Below are positions 1 to 11,498 of a DNA stretch of 64,000 nt, piece after piece (position 1 is the first letter of the stretch; each line of letters starts with the position of its first letter). The stretch comes from Candidatus Latescibacterota bacterium (lineage in GTDB: Bacteria; Latescibacterota; UBA2968). The notes below the pieces were generated by a model. It was not told the DNA's origin and did no database searches. It worked only from the letters and a program-made list of their open reading frames with translations. Position numbers and translations under genes: made by a program. Location of the stretch: positions 5,280,001-5,344,000 of the forward strand of contig OZ241986.1 in NCBI GenBank assembly GCA_965204375.1, read 5' to 3'.

Positions 1-3
1 AGA

Positions 4-368
<365 letters not shown>

Positions 369-556
369 TGTTACAATTTAATTCGTTGTGTCACAATAGT
401 TTCGAGCTACATATGTGCGAAGGAAGAGGTTCATGACTCTCAATCTCTATCATCAGAAAAGAGAAGGCCTTCAATTTTTCTAATTTTCAATAAGTTAGAC
501 AAAGTGCGGACCTCCCTGTATTTGTCTGACCGCTTGTGGTTCGCGCTGAGCTTACC
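369..556 (-). promoter_or_regulatory. CRISPR leader
   Basis: AT-richer non-coding stretch between the cas2 stop and the first repeat on the transcribed strand. Confidence 0.75.
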
Positions 557-847
557 TTACACGATCAGTGTTCCGCTCAGATCGGTAGCCGGTTTGGCAC
601 CGACATGTTCGACACGCCGTTTCCAATTGGAACCGAGAAAATAATACCTGAGACTATCGGTCTCTGGATCAATAATTGTCTCAAGGCGTGCTTTCAAGGC
701 GGTCCATTGTGCTGGATCTACTTCGATTTCGAACACCGAAAACTGCACTCTTTGTCCAAAGTCGCGACACGCCTTGGCAATGTGCCGCAAACGTTTCGGA
801 CCATCGGTATTGGTGGTTGAGACATCATAAGTAACGAGAACCATCAT
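557..847 (-). CDS. cas2: CRISPR-associated endoribonuclease Cas2
   Basis: LVTYDV...[10 protein letters not shown]...DSLRYYFLG motifs; 96 aa; position after cas1. Confidence 0.97.
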   Translation of the reverse strand: MMVLVTYDVSTTNTDGPKRLRHIAKACRDFGQRVQFSVFEIEVDPAQWTALKARLETIIDPETDSLRYYFLGSNWKRRVEHVGAKPATDLSGTLIV

Positions 848-859
848 AGTTGAATATCC

Positions 860-1894
860 TCATTTCCAAAGCCACGGTGGGTGGGCGTCCAAGTCGCCAC
901 GAAGGTGCCGGGCTAATAGTTGCGCTTGAAGGTAGGGAACCAATCCGAGGGGTGCCTGTTCTTCAAGAAAAGGATGGCGGCGCATTACGCGCTTTCGTTC
1001 CTGCCACGCACTGAGGACCGTCTTGCGGGCGTCGTCGCTCATTACAACGCTACCGCCTTCTCGGGTTTGAAAGTCTTTAGCGCGAACTTGCTGGCGATTG
1101 ACCAGCGACAGCGCGAGTCGGTCGGCCAGGACTGGTCTCAATTCTTCCATAAGGTCCAGTGCAAGACTCGGGCGACCGGGCCGATCTCTGTGGAAAAATC
1201 CTACGGCTGGGTCCAGACCCACGCTTTCTGCGGCTGAGCTACAATCGTGGACGAGGAGGGTGTAGAGAAACGAGAGCAGGGCATTTATCGGATCGCGCGG
1301 TGGACGGCGATTGCGACCATCGAATGTCATCTCTGGATCGGGTGCGCGGATCAGGTAGCTAAAGACCGAAAAATAGAGACGTGCAGCCTCACCTTCAAAA
1401 CCGCGTAGCCTATCAATACTGTCGTGACCGTTGCTAATACGTCGCACGATTTGCGTGAGACGATTCGACGCGTCAGACAAAGCCTCGCGGTCAGAAGGCT
1501 CAAGATCGTTGCGATAGTCCCGTAGTGCTCTTTGCAGGACGCTTCTCTGATTGGCGATTTTGCCGACGAGGATGCTACGGACGATTTCGTTTGGTGTCTC
1601 ACTCACTTGATACTGTGTGCGGCGTAGCAGCACATTGCCCGAGACTGGCCCCTCGACCCGAGCTTGAAATCGGCCAAATCGACTTAAGAGTACCAGGCTG
1701 ATGCCTCCGGAAGCACAGGCTTGAATCAGAGGTGGAGATATATAGATGCTGCCGAACACGACCACGGACCCCAGCATGTGGAACGGTACTCTGGCGCGTT
1801 CCTTATCCTCAACTTCTGCGACCAGGTTCTCTCCATTTTTGATCAGGCGTGCCCCGGGCGTGGTGACATAGAGCGTATTGAGCAACCGTCTCAT
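860..1894 (-). CDS. cas1: Type I-C Cas1 integrase
   Basis: Start re-assigned to MRRLLNTLYV (GGGAG RBS, ATGA overlap with cas4). Motifs LRGFEGEAARLYF, RRPPRDPINALLSFLY and LALDLMEELRP. Confidence 0.97.
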   Translation of the reverse strand: MRRLLNTLYVTTPGARLIKNGENLVAEVEDKERARVPFHMLGSVVVFGSIYISPPLIQACASGGISLVLLSRFGRFQARVEGPVSGNVLLRRTQYQVSETPNEIVRSILVGKIANQRSVLQRALRDYRNDLEPSDREALSDASNRLTQIVRRISNGHDSIDRLRGFEGEAARLYFSVFSYLIRAPDPEMTFDGRNRRPPRDPINALLSFLYTLLVHDCSSAAESVGLDPAVGFFHRDRPGRPSLALDLMEELRPVLADRLALSLVNRQQVRAKDFQTREGGSVVMSDDARKTVLSAWQERKRVMRRHPFLEEQAPLGLVPYLQAQLLARHLRGDLDAHPPWLWK

Positions 1895-2592
1895 TGATAC
1901 TCTCCCTGTTCGGTGAGGTGCGATTCCAGAGCGCGTGTTCGCCAGGCGAGCACTGAACGCATTGCCGCTTTTGGGCGACATTGGTCAAGCAATGAGCAGG
2001 CGCGGCATTTGGCTGCTTCGTATTCGGCTGGAGGTGTGTGTCTTTTCGCAAAGAGCATAGCTACTTGATTGACTGTTGCCTCGGTTAAGGCGCGAAGTTC
2101 GGTATCGAATGTCACTTCTTTCCGCCGTTTGGTTCGTCTATAGAATAATGCGCCTATTGGCACCTCTGTACCTGTCATTTCTTCAAGGCACAGAGCTTGG
2201 GCACAAAGTTGCACTTCGTCTGCGCGATGGGCTTTGGCTTTGCCGCGTTTGAACTCGACCGGAAACGGTGTTGTACCTGTATGGTCTTTGCGAAACTCTA
2301 CCAGATCAGCGACTCCTGTGAGATTGAGTCGGATGTTGTAGATTGGGAGTGCTCTCACCTGGCGTACCCCAGCCTTGCGCTGCCAACCTGGTTGGTCACT
2401 GACCTCGTGCAGTACCCTGCCTTCAGCAGTAAATTGGTTTTCCTCCCAAAGTCGTTCCAGATGAATCAGAGCGCATTGCCTCAGGCAGTAAACCGCATGT
2501 TGTAGTGCAGATACTGGGATAGGTTCTGTTTCATGGTTCGATTCATATTCCGAGGCGGGGGGTGATCTCCCGAATGTTTCCTCATTTACCAT
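1891..2592 (-). CDS. cas4: CRISPR-associated exonuclease Cas4
   Basis: YCLRQ, ADLVEF, PVEFKRG, QLCAQALCLEE and C-terminal CRACSLLDQC Fe-S cysteines. Confidence 0.96.
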   Translation of the reverse strand: MVNEETFGRSPPASEYESNHETEPIPVSALQHAVYCLRQCALIHLERLWEENQFTAEGRVLHEVSDQPGWQRKAGVRQVRALPIYNIRLNLTGVADLVEFRKDHTGTTPFPVEFKRGKAKAHRADEVQLCAQALCLEEMTGTEVPIGALFYRRTKRRKEVTFDTELRALTEATVNQVAMLFAKRHTPPAEYEAAKCRACSLLDQCRPKAAMRSVLAWRTRALESHLTEQGEYQ

Positions 2593-2631
2593 TGTCTTGC
2601 TCCGTTTGTTATATGTTTCAGTTCACGACTC

Positions 2632-3597
2632 TTAAAGCAGATCAATAGCTTCGACATTTGCCGGCATGTCATCCAGGTCGAGAGTTACGCTATAGTCTGA
2701 GTATTGGCGGGCCGGTGGCAGCATTCCGCCATTGTTATCGGTTTCCGCACGCTCCACACGCACCCGTTCAAAAAGTTTATGCGCGGGCGCGTTGCCGAGT
2801 GCGCTTTCATGTCGGAAGACAATGAGGCGTTGGGCGACCATTTCACCGCGGGCTGCCGAGCGATCATGTTCGAACATTTGTGTTAAGGCGGTCCATAGAA
2901 AGTCGAGGTCGTCTGGTGAAAAGCCAGTGCGTTCAGCGAGCTTGGCAGAAATAAATCCGTGTGCCCGATATAGCCCGTAGGGGACAATATGCTTGCGGCC
3001 CATGGTACGGTGCTCAATGCGCTCGTCGCCTTCAGTTTCATCACTGCCCTGCTCGCGCTCCTGCTTTTCCTTTTCGGTGGTTGCTGCCATGCGGGTAATG
3101 GACATTTCGAGTGGGACAATAGGATCAATGGACCGCGCAAAAGTCATTTGTACCGGACCGCGCACTTGACCGCAGTTGATACCGGTGCTCATGACTGCGC
3201 CAAAGGTGCGCACATCAAAGAAGTTGTCGCACATGAAGCCGCGCAGGGCATCCATCTCCTCATCTGCTGTTATTTTTTTCGTTTTGTTTTCTTTTGGAGA
3301 CAGTCTGGTGGCTCTCTCGACTGTCTTGTCATCGGGACGCACAGCCCGATATGCTTTTCGGTGCTGCTCGTTGAGCAAGGCGCCTTCCTGCACATAGATG
3401 GCATAGCCGGACTCGTCGCTTTTGGCGAGTTCGACGAAGTTGCGTACTTTGCGCTTGAGGCAGACGTCAGAGACCAATCCCTGGTTCGTTTCCGGGTCGA
3501 GGCGCGGTAGATTGCCTGCATCCGGGTCGCCATTGGGGTTGCCATTGGTCACGTCGAATAGATAGACGAAGTCGTAGCGATGGTTGAGTGTAGTCAT
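2632..3597 (-). CDS. cas7c: Type I-C Cas7/Csd2
   Basis: [36 protein letters not shown] and [13 protein letters not shown] motifs. Confidence 0.97.
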   Translation of the reverse strand: MTTLNHRYDFVYLFDVTNGNPNGDPDAGNLPRLDPETNQGLVSDVCLKRKVRNFVELAKSDESGYAIYVQEGALLNEQHRKAYRAVRPDDKTVERATRLSPKENKTKKITADEEMDALRGFMCDNFFDVRTFGAVMSTGINCGQVRGPVQMTFARSIDPIVPLEMSITRMAATTEKEKQEREQGSDETEGDERIEHRTMGRKHIVPYGLYRAHGFISAKLAERTGFSPDDLDFLWTALTQMFEHDRSAARGEMVAQRLIVFRHESALGNAPAHKLFERVRVERAETDNNGGMLPPARQYSDYSVTLDLDDMPANVEAIDLL

Positions 3598-5402
3598 TCT
3601 TCATTCTCCTTTTGATCTTTTTTCTCGTTTCTGGGTGTGTAAAAAGCGTTTTTTTGATGGTAGTAGCCGATAGCAAAGAGGGCCTGATGATCCATGTCGA
3701 GCGTCGGTACAAATAGTGCATCTGCCGCCGCACACTCGTAAATCTGGGCGATGGCATTGTCGATATAGCGATGCGTTCCAGTTCGGTCTTTTCGCAGACG
3801 CGATAGATGGTGCATGGCATTGCGTTGTAGAATGGGAAATACAGACCGGGGCGTCGCTGAAGCCGCCCCATAGTACTTATCACATATCGTGGCGTTGATT
3901 TTTCCACCAAGTGCCTGCGTTTGTGCATATTCAAAACAGGCAAATAGGCGACCGAGCAAATAGCCGGGGTCGGCGTTTGTGGGATCGAGTGACACGAGGA
4001 AATCCTCCTTTTGTGAATGTCCAGTCATGCGCCGTTTGCGGCAGATCACAGCTTTGAGTAAGGCGATACGCAGGCCGGTTATGGCCTTGTCTGACCGCAA
4101 GCGCATAAGAATCGTGGATAATAATGTCTGCGGGTAGGCTTGACCCGTTAGTATGGCGCGTAACATATCCCCAGCGAGTTGGGGAGGGATATTTTCATAT
4201 CGGTTTTTTACTTTCGTTGTGGCGGTCTCAAGCAGACAGCGCCGAACGCTTGGTTGCTCCTGGTATGGCGGAGGGTCAAGGCGCATATCCCGATAGTGAT
4301 AGAGGATGTGCTCTGCAAGCGTCGCAAAGTCATCCTCCATCCAGAAGCGTATCGAAATACGCGTTTTATTGGGAGCCAATCCCAGCACGTAGAAGCGCAC
4401 ACCCTGAGGTAAATTCGGGCGGATTTCCTCCATGGGACGACCACTTGCCATTTTTTCGAGAATGGGCTTGATGGCCTGTTCGCTTATTTCGTCGTCTATT
4501 TCATTGATGGCAAAAGCAAATATGGCCTCACTTTGCGCTACTGCTTCGGCATTTGAGCCTTCTGCCCAGAATACCGTCGAAGCATCGCTGAGTTGGACTC
4601 TGTTTTCGTTGGTGCGGAGAAAGTGATTGAGCGCAGATGCATAAGCAGCGGCGGCATCCTCGCTTACCGGTGCATTATTGCCCTGTTTGTGCCCATAAGA
4701 AGTGAAGGCATCGAGATTGAATGAAGTGATGGATGCGCCGGAAGACTGGGCACCGCGTACCCCCTTGATTGAGGGATGTAGTCGGGCGATAGAAGATTTT
4801 TCTCCGGTCACCAGACAAACGGTCTGATCCGAGTTCTGGGACTGATTCATCTGAGATACCCAGAGTTGACGTGCGGCCTCGCGGTCGTGAATAAAGTTGC
4901 GATCCCCTTCTAACCGGAATACCACATTGGCTCCCTTCATTTCGCTTGGCCAGCCGCGTACGTCGAAATACTCTGGCTTCCACCATTGCAAGAAGCGATG
5001 ACAAGCCATAAGCCCTGAGTCGCTTTCGTGTTGCAGCGCAACGAGGTGTCGATTCTGAAAAGCTTTGTACTGTTCTGTTACCCGCTCGGTACGACGCTCT
5101 CTCTTATCTGGTGCCTCGTTTTTCATGTCTTCCAATGCCCCAAGTGAATACGATGCCTTATCCCAGAGGAAGTTAGGCACAATTTTGACCGTTCGCTTCT
5201 CTGGTCGTGGAACTGAATGTCGCGGAGCTACCAGTTTTCTTCCGGAAGGGTTTCGCAGGTCCACAGGTTGGCCCACGGGCTGACCATTGACGTTCAGGAC
5301 GATGCAATAGTCAATTTTCTCATCGGAATAGCCAATCGGCGGTACTTTGTCCTCTTTTGCGAGCCGGTGGTAGGCTCGTTCAAGGGAAGATAGAATACTC
5401 AT
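3594..5402 (-). CDS. cas8c: Type I-C Cas8c/Csd1
   Basis: [33 protein letters not shown] and GYYHQ motifs. Confidence 0.96.
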   Translation of the reverse strand: MSILSSLERAYHRLAKEDKVPPIGYSDEKIDYCIVLNVNGQPVGQPVDLRNPSGRKLVAPRHSVPRPEKRTVKIVPNFLWDKASYSLGALEDMKNEAPDKRERRTERVTEQYKAFQNRHLVALQHESDSGLMACHRFLQWWKPEYFDVRGWPSEMKGANVVFRLEGDRNFIHDREAARQLWVSQMNQSQNSDQTVCLVTGEKSSIARLHPSIKGVRGAQSSGASITSFNLDAFTSYGHKQGNNAPVSEDAAAAYASALNHFLRTNENRVQLSDASTVFWAEGSNAEAVAQSEAIFAFAINEIDDEISEQAIKPILEKMASGRPMEEIRPNLPQGVRFYVLGLAPNKTRISIRFWMEDDFATLAEHILYHYRDMRLDPPPYQEQPSVRRCLLETATTKVKNRYENIPPQLAGDMLRAILTGQAYPQTLLSTILMRLRSDKAITGLRIALLKAVICRKRRMTGHSQKEDFLVSLDPTNADPGYLLGRLFACFEYAQTQALGGKINATICDKYYGAASATPRSVFPILQRNAMHHLSRLRKDRTGTHRYIDNAIAQIYECAAADALFVPTLDMDHQALFAIGYYHQKNAFYTPRNEKKDQKENEE

Positions 5403-6061
5403 CGCAGTACCTCCGACGAGTTGGGTGAGGGGATTTCGACAACGCCCTGTTTCATTTGGGCGCGAAAAAATAATGGTTGTCGTTCGTTTTCATGGTCTAT
5501 GTCGTAGAGCATGTAGCCCAGGTCGCGGGTTTCGTCAATTGCTGGCGGTATATCTTCTTCGTGCTCGATCAGCGTGTAGTATGCGGCAAATTCTCGCGTT
5601 CCGAGGCAGGGTTGGTGAAAGCACTGTCCGCGTCTGGCTCGGCGATTGAAGATGTCGAGGTGTTTGCCAGCATTGTCGTCTTTACTTGCTCGATCTGTCA
5701 GGTCAAAGTGCGCTTCGATGGCGTACTCGACATCAAATAGGACAGTGGCTGCGCGTTGCTGGCGATCATCCTCAATTTTGGTGTAGAGGGATTCAATAGA
5801 GCCATTGTTTCGCGCCGTGCGAACAGAACCCATGGGAATTTTCTTGCCGACCTCGTTGCGCCGGATTGACTGGAATCGAATCGGCTTGAGGACATGGATG
5901 CGGTCAATGCGCCAGACGATGGCTGGCTTCCAGTGGATAGCCTCTAAGATGCCGCGTGCTGCTGAAGGTGTCATTACGTCGTAGGATACGCGCTCGACCT
6001 TCATTTCAGGTCGCGTGAAACAGGCGTATTCACCTTCCACGCGTAGGCGTACTCCAAACAT
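5399..6061 (-). CDS. cas5c: Type I-C Cas5 (crRNA-processing Cas5d)
   Basis: ACFTRPEMKVERVSYDVMTPSAARGILEAIHWKP and QPCLGTREF motifs. Confidence 0.97.
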   Translation of the reverse strand: MFGVRLRVEGEYACFTRPEMKVERVSYDVMTPSAARGILEAIHWKPAIVWRIDRIHVLKPIRFQSIRRNEVGKKIPMGSVRTARNNGSIESLYTKIEDDRQQRAATVLFDVEYAIEAHFDLTDRASKDDNAGKHLDIFNRRARRGQCFHQPCLGTREFAAYYTLIEHEEDIPPAIDETRDLGYMLYDIDHENERQPLFFRAQMKQGVVEIPSPNSSEVLR

Positions 6062-6113
6062 GGATAAACTCCTTTGCTGTGGTATTATGGTATTTCAATA
6101 CTCTCCCTATCAA

Positions 6114-8321
6114 TTATATCAGCATTACTTCATCGCTAAGGGCATCTGCGTCTTCCCACAGAAGGCCGACATCTTTTCGATAGAGGCTTCCTGTGAAGAG
6201 AACAGCGAACTGATCGCCAAAGCGTTCCTGCGCCTCGAAATATACGTGACTATTTTTGACGAGTTGCGTCCGGTAATGAGGATGAACTTGCACAATAAAA
6301 GGCTGGAGTCGCCGCGCTATGTCACCGGGCCGTTCCGCATAAGCGAGTGCTCGCACTGCCTCGTGTGCTTCCTCTTCTCGGGCAATGATCACTGGCTCCT
6401 GTCCACTCTGGATTAAGCGAAATGTCTCGCCAACCTCGCGAAAGGAGAATGATGTTCCGTTCTGATCAGCTTTGAATTTTCGCAGAATATCATCACCGAG
6501 ACCGTCGCCTTTGCGCCAATATACCTCTTGAAAGTAATCCTCCATAGCTTCTGGCGAGAGCAAGTCATTATGACGGCCCATGATGCGTTGCATATCTCCA
6601 GCGAGTTGGCGCAACTCATGTGGACTTTGATATTCCTCTGACTGGAACACGGTGACAATGCTATCTGATTTTTCACCATTCCCTTCTCTGTTACATCGCC
6701 CGGCGGCCTGGGCAATCGAATCCAGTCCTGCCTCTGCCCGCCAAACTCTCGGAAAGTCCAGATCAACGCCTGCCTCAACCAGCGAAGTGGCAATCACTCG
6801 GCAGGGTTTGCCGGCAGAGAGACGTTGGCGCACATTTGCAAGAATACGACGACGGTGTGCCGCGTATTGGCGTGTGGTCAGGTGTATGATGCCCTCGAGT
6901 TCGTCTTCTTTGGCTTGTTGAAAGAGGGCCAGTGCGTGTTTCCGGCTGTTGACGATGACCAGCCCTTGTTTTGTCTGCGAGAGGGCATTGAGCAGGTCTT
7001 CATCGCTCAGTACACCTTCGTGGGAGATGGTGACGCGGGCGAGTTGCCGGTGCAGGCGCGGTGGGCTGGGGGCGAGTTCGTGGACCTGATTAAAGCCACC
7101 TTTGAAATCTGGTGCCTTAAGTGCGGGTTGTGTTGCGGTACAGAGTACGATTGAGGAACCATAGTTACGGGCGAGTTCGTCAATCGCGGCTACCGAAGGT
7201 CGTAGCACATGCAGAGGGATGGTTTGCGCTTCATCGAGGACAATTACCGAACGAGCCAAGTTGTGCAATTTGCGGCAGCGCGATGGGCGATGGGAAAACA
7301 GGCTTTCAAGGAGTTGGACATTTGTGGTTACGACGATGGGTGCCGCCCAGTCCTCCATAGCGAGACGGAGTTTTTCACCTCCCTCCCGCTGTATGAATTT
7401 GGTTTCGTCAATTGCCGAATGGTGTTCGAGAATTACGCCGTTGCCAAGGACCTTGCGGAAGATTGCTGCGGTCTGGTCGATTACAGAAGTAAAAGGAATA
7501 GCATAGACGATGCGCTCAAGCCCGTGTACTTTGGCATGATCAAGCGCGAAGGCGAGAGAAGTCAGGGTTTTGCCGCCGCCAGTTGGTACGTTGAGCGAGA
7601 ACAGGCCTGGAGGGCAATCGGCTTGACCTCGAACATGCGCCAGAATCTCATGGCGCAAATGGTTGACCTTTCCTTTGCTATCAAATCCCGCGAGATGATT
7701 ATTGAGACTATCGCGTAGTTGGTCAGCCTGTTCAGAAAGCGTCAGCCAGTCGCGTTCAACGGTCTTGCCTTCTGCAGTAGCGTAAAAGTTTTCGGTGTCG
7801 CGGAAGTCTGAGTCAACGAGGCAAGAGAAGATCATTCGTGTCAGGAAGGAAAGCTGAAACGCTACTCTTTCTTGATCTAATATGAAACCTTCGGGCCAAA
7901 GACCGGTAACATCTGGCTGAATTTCTGCCATCCAGGTCGAGTCAAGTGGGTCGAGAGTCTTTTTAAGCCGTTCCTCAAGAGAACCGGTTTCACGGTGCAT
8001 ATCCGGCAAACCTCCATGATGTCCTGCAATGGCGTAGGCGACGAGTTGCGCCATTGCCTGATCCATAGCAGTGTTTGCCAGATTGTTGACCATTTTTGCG
8101 CCAGCGGTCGCGTGATCAACTGCTGGACCGCCACGCAGACGCTTTTGGTACGGTTTTGTGTATTTGCCAATGTCGTGAAAAAGCCCGGCTTGACCAGCTG
8201 CTTTACCCGCGCCAAACTTATAACCTCGATCTGCAGCTTCTTTTTGAACTGCAAGAAGATGATCCTTTAATAGCTGCCAGTATTCCTCAGATTGGTCCTC
8301 CAAAGAATGTGCATAATACAT
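6114..8321 (-). CDS. cas3: Cas3 HD nuclease / SF2 helicase
   Basis: HDIGK and GHHGG HD motifs; PTGGGKT Walker A; LDEAQ; QAAGRCNREG. Confidence 0.97.
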   Translation of the reverse strand: MYYAHSLEDQSEEYWQLLKDHLLAVQKEAADRGYKFGAGKAAGQAGLFHDIGKYTKPYQKRLRGGPAVDHATAGAKMVNNLANTAMDQAMAQLVAYAIAGHHGGLPDMHRETGSLEERLKKTLDPLDSTWMAEIQPDVTGLWPEGFILDQERVAFQLSFLTRMIFSCLVDSDFRDTENFYATAEGKTVERDWLTLSEQADQLRDSLNNHLAGFDSKGKVNHLRHEILAHVRGQADCPPGLFSLNVPTGGGKTLTSLAFALDHAKVHGLERIVYAIPFTSVIDQTAAIFRKVLGNGVILEHHSAIDETKFIQREGGEKLRLAMEDWAAPIVVTTNVQLLESLFSHRPSRCRKLHNLARSVIVLDEAQTIPLHVLRPSVAAIDELARNYGSSIVLCTATQPALKAPDFKGGFNQVHELAPSPPRLHRQLARVTISHEGVLSDEDLLNALSQTKQGLVIVNSRKHALALFQQAKEDELEGIIHLTTRQYAAHRRRILANVRQRLSAGKPCRVIATSLVEAGVDLDFPRVWRAEAGLDSIAQAAGRCNREGNGEKSDSIVTVFQSEEYQSPHELRQLAGDMQRIMGRHNDLLSPEAMEDYFQEVYWRKGDGLGDDILRKFKADQNGTSFSFREVGETFRLIQSGQEPVIIAREEEAHEAVRALAYAERPGDIARRLQPFIVQVHPHYRTQLVKNSHVYFEAQERFGDQFAVLFTGSLYRKDVGLLWEDADALSDEVMLI

Positions 8322-8675
8322 ATTGGAATTTCCTCAATATTCAGGAGATTCTGAATCTCCTTGATCGTTTTCTATACAGCATCCAGTCAAAGCCATCATG
8401 TACATAAATCCATCTATAACAAACGTTTGCTGTCGTAGTTACACCACTCACCTGTTTTTCTTCAGATGCTTCGCGTCTTCATAATATACTCAGATTTTGA
8501 AAGAGTAGCCTTGCCTTTTTTAAATCTCGTCTTATTTTGGTTACGTCGTTGGTTCTGTAAACTCCCGATGCACGATATGTCTGAATGGTGATAGATAGAT
8601 TGGTATTGGAGATTTTTTGATCTTTGTCCAGGATTTTGGGCAGTAAAGAGTGTCTCAATATAAAAATATAAATGT

Positions 8676-8710
8676 AAAAGGACTTGCGATTCGACCTTGC
8701 AAGCCCTTTT
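8676..8710. terminator. Imperfect hairpin with A/T tails, possible terminator
   Basis: AAAAGGACTTGCGA...TTGCAAGCCCTTTT. Confidence 0.4.
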
Positions 8711-8767
8711 CTGTCTTATGGTGTTTTGGAGCTCTTTATGACCAGCACACTATTTTCATTTTGAATC

Positions 8768-9040
8768 TCATTTAACGGAGACTGCGAGATACCGGAAAGA
8801 GTTTCGTTGTAACCACAATAAGGCTTGTTCTCCCCAGTGTGAGTAATCTTGCCAGTGCAAGGAATATGAACCATTTAGGCGAATCGGTATTTCCCTTCCT
8901 TCCGTTGTTTCAAGGCTAGCCTGTTCCGCCCACGCTAACTCGCCCTTTATTATCTGGCCTTTATGGATGCGAAATTTGGCATCGTTAGTAGTTTTCCATT
9001 TTAGAGGTGTGCATAAATCAAAAGAATAAGCCATCAGCAT
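8768..9040 (-). CDS. Short hypothetical ORF, possibly a gene fragment
   Basis: Only sizeable ORF (90 aa) in the intergenic region; no motif recognised. Confidence 0.3.
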   Translation of the reverse strand: MLMAYSFDLCTPLKWKTTNDAKFRIHKGQIIKGELAWAEQASLETTEGREIPIRLNGSYSLHWQDYSHWGEQALLWLQRNSFRYLAVSVK

Positions 9041-9164
9041 CTTTATCGACTCAAGCTATCTCGCACAGCGCGTGAGTCCGTCTCGCAGAGGAAATTTTTA
9101 TGGCATCCCTACTCTGAAGGCCATTGTATGGCGTACTATTATTTGGAGTGATTTGCGCTGTGCA

Positions 9165-9236
9165 AGCCCCCCGCAGGGGTGCCCTTTTTTTGCTTCATTT
9201 TTTTGGGCGTGCAAAAAAATGAAGTCGCCGAAGGCA
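9165..9236. repeat. Palindromic intergenic element (REP/MITE-like)
   Basis: 13-bp perfect stem CTTCATTTTTTTG-ggcgtg-CAAAAAAATGAAG at 9193-9224, flanked by small GC hairpins. Confidence 0.5.
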
Positions 9237-9311
9237 TGAAAAGAAAAATATTAAAAAAACTTTATAGGTCGTTTCACCACAACAAATGAATTATCCACAC
9301 CCCTCTTTTAC

Positions 9312-11264
9312 TTACTCAGGCCGTTCCCGCACCATCTCATGCCCTTCGAGAATGTCGTAGGCAACCGCACCCTGGCTCTGGTCGGGAGGCGCAATGCCGA
9401 AGATGTGGCAAAGTGTGGGGACGACGTCTGCGGCGTGGATGTAGCCGAGTTTGTCGGTGGGGCGCTCGTAGCCTTTTTTGATGCCGGGACCCGATAGGAA
9501 AAAAGAACCAAAGCTCGATGAGATGTCGCTGCGCGTGGGGATAAAGCCGCCGTGGTGTGCGCCGAAGACTTCAGGTGCGCCTACGCAGCCACCGCCCACG
9601 ATGCCTTTCCACTGGCCGTAGTACCCGCTGACGAACCCGTGATCCCAGGCGAAAATGACGTCGCCGCACTGGTCGCCCCATTGTCCGAGTATGTACGCGT
9701 CGCGTCTGGGCAGGGCGATGGCAACGACATTGCGACCGATGTCTTCATCGACCCAGGTGCGAAGGGCGAGGAGGAGATCGCGTTCGATTTCGTCGAATTT
9801 TGGACCGGGTTCGGCGTTGATCCAGATGTCGAATCCCTTGTCGTCTTTGAGGTAGGCGCGGGTTTTTTCAAAGTCGATTTCTCTTTCGAGGACTTCATCG
9901 CGCTCGACGCCGTCGCTGGCGTCTTCTTTCAGGACGGTGAATCCGCTGTCGTGCAGGAATTTTCGGATATTGGCGATACGCACATCTGGCGATGCGCCGT
10001 GATCGGAAAGCACACCGACATAAGTGCTGTCATCGGCGGCATCCCACATGCGTTTTAAAATTTTGTCGCCGACGATGTAGGCTTTGCGGAAAAGGTGCAT
10101 GACATCGTCGGCTTTGTCGGGATCGTAAGCCGGACAAACCGGATCGACGCCGTCGAGGTGGATGTGGTTGATGTAGTCGTAGAGATGCCAGTGACAGATA
10201 AAGAAATTGGCATCTTTTTCGTGGAGCATATAATTGGCTACGTCGGCAAACCAGAGGCCCTGATATTCGCATTCTTCAAGGGCGGTGTCAAAGTCGGTCA
10301 TGCCAGATGTGTAAGGGGTCATGGAGGCGTGTTCTTGATAGGGACCAAATCGCTGGATGAGTTCGTCGGCGAGGTCATCTGGATATGTGAAGCCATCGCC
10401 ATAAGTGATCTGAGAGCGGTAGAGCTTGAGATGGGAGCCGTCGGGTTCGAGTTCGAGGAGTTTGAAGCGCACAGAGGCGCGTTGTTCGCGGCTTTCAATG
10501 CAGAAGGGTTCGATGGCCCAGTTGCTCCACGATCCCGTGCTGGTTTCGGCGATGTGGTCGTTGCCGTTTTGGGAGCGACAGACGCGCAGTGTGTCGTATC
10601 CGCCATTGGTACTGGAGAAGACGAGCAGGTGATAGCGGTTGATGTCGCCGCCGAGGCGCGCGTGGATTTCAATGGTGGAAGCGAGAGGGGGGACAGCACT
10701 CTGTGGCAGATTGGCCCAGCCCTCCGCAGGCGATAGGGCAGGGATGGGTTCTATGCTTCGCTGTCTTCTGCGTACGGCTGTGCCGTCGTGGTCCATTTCC
10801 ACGATTTCTTCGACGTGTTTGGCGGTGGTATAAGCCTGTGCCGCGGCGATTTCATAGTCGGTGCTGGCGTGTCCGGGGTGACCAAATCCGTCGATGACAT
10901 ATCCTTTTTCCACGCCTGAGGGATGCGCTGCCGGATAGTGCAGGGCAACGCCTTTGAGTCCTTCGCGCTCGAGGGCGTTCCACAGGCGTTGGGCATTGTT
11001 GGCGCGACCGTGAAAAGAGTTGATGCGTTCGCCGGGAGCGACTTCAACGCGCCAGCGCGTGACGCTGTGGGTGCCGGTGTGCGCGCCAGTGGAGAGGGTT
11101 GCCCAGTTGGTGGGCGTCCAGACGGGGAAGGAGGGGAAGGTTTCGTTGACTGCGCCCTCGTCGAGCAGGCGTTTGAAGGTTGGGATAACGCCTTCGTCGG
11201 CAAAGTATTTCATCATGGGAGTGATGAAGCCGTCCATGCCGTAGGCGATGATTTTTTTTGACAT
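9312..11264 (-). CDS. Alkaline phosphatase superfamily / nucleotide pyrophosphatase-phosphodiesterase
   Basis: GMDG, WTPTNWATLSTG (Thr nucleophile), DYINH and SDHG motifs; start moved to MSKKII (AAAGGA RBS). Confidence 0.85.
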   Translation of the reverse strand: MSKKIIAYGMDGFITPMMKYFADEGVIPTFKRLLDEGAVNETFPSFPVWTPTNWATLSTGAHTGTHSVTRWRVEVAPGERINSFHGRANNAQRLWNALEREGLKGVALHYPAAHPSGVEKGYVIDGFGHPGHASTDYEIAAAQAYTTAKHVEEIVEMDHDGTAVRRRQRSIEPIPALSPAEGWANLPQSAVPPLASTIEIHARLGGDINRYHLLVFSSTNGGYDTLRVCRSQNGNDHIAETSTGSWSNWAIEPFCIESREQRASVRFKLLELEPDGSHLKLYRSQITYGDGFTYPDDLADELIQRFGPYQEHASMTPYTSGMTDFDTALEECEYQGLWFADVANYMLHEKDANFFICHWHLYDYINHIHLDGVDPVCPAYDPDKADDVMHLFRKAYIVGDKILKRMWDAADDSTYVGVLSDHGASPDVRIANIRKFLHDSGFTVLKEDASDGVERDEVLEREIDFEKTRAYLKDDKGFDIWINAEPGPKFDEIERDLLLALRTWVDEDIGRNVVAIALPRRDAYILGQWGDQCGDVIFAWDHGFVSGYYGQWKGIVGGGCVGAPEVFGAHHGGFIPTRSDISSSFGSFFLSGPGIKKGYERPTDKLGYIHAADVVPTLCHIFGIAPPDQSQGAVAYDILEGHEMVRERPE

Positions 11265-11498
11265 GAAAATTCCTTTGTTAGAGGTTGATTGGGATTTCTC
11301 TTTTACGAGGTGGATTGTTAAAGATAGTGCAAAAACTAAAAAAAGCACTCCACAAATATTGTCGGAGTGCTTCTTCATTTTTTTTATGCTATTCAACTTC
11401 TCAGCACCACTTACCTTACCCCAGAATTTTCCTTGGGCCTAATGCAATAAGCATCCAGTGCTGCTTCAAACAGACAAACGACAACAATGCTCTTGTGT

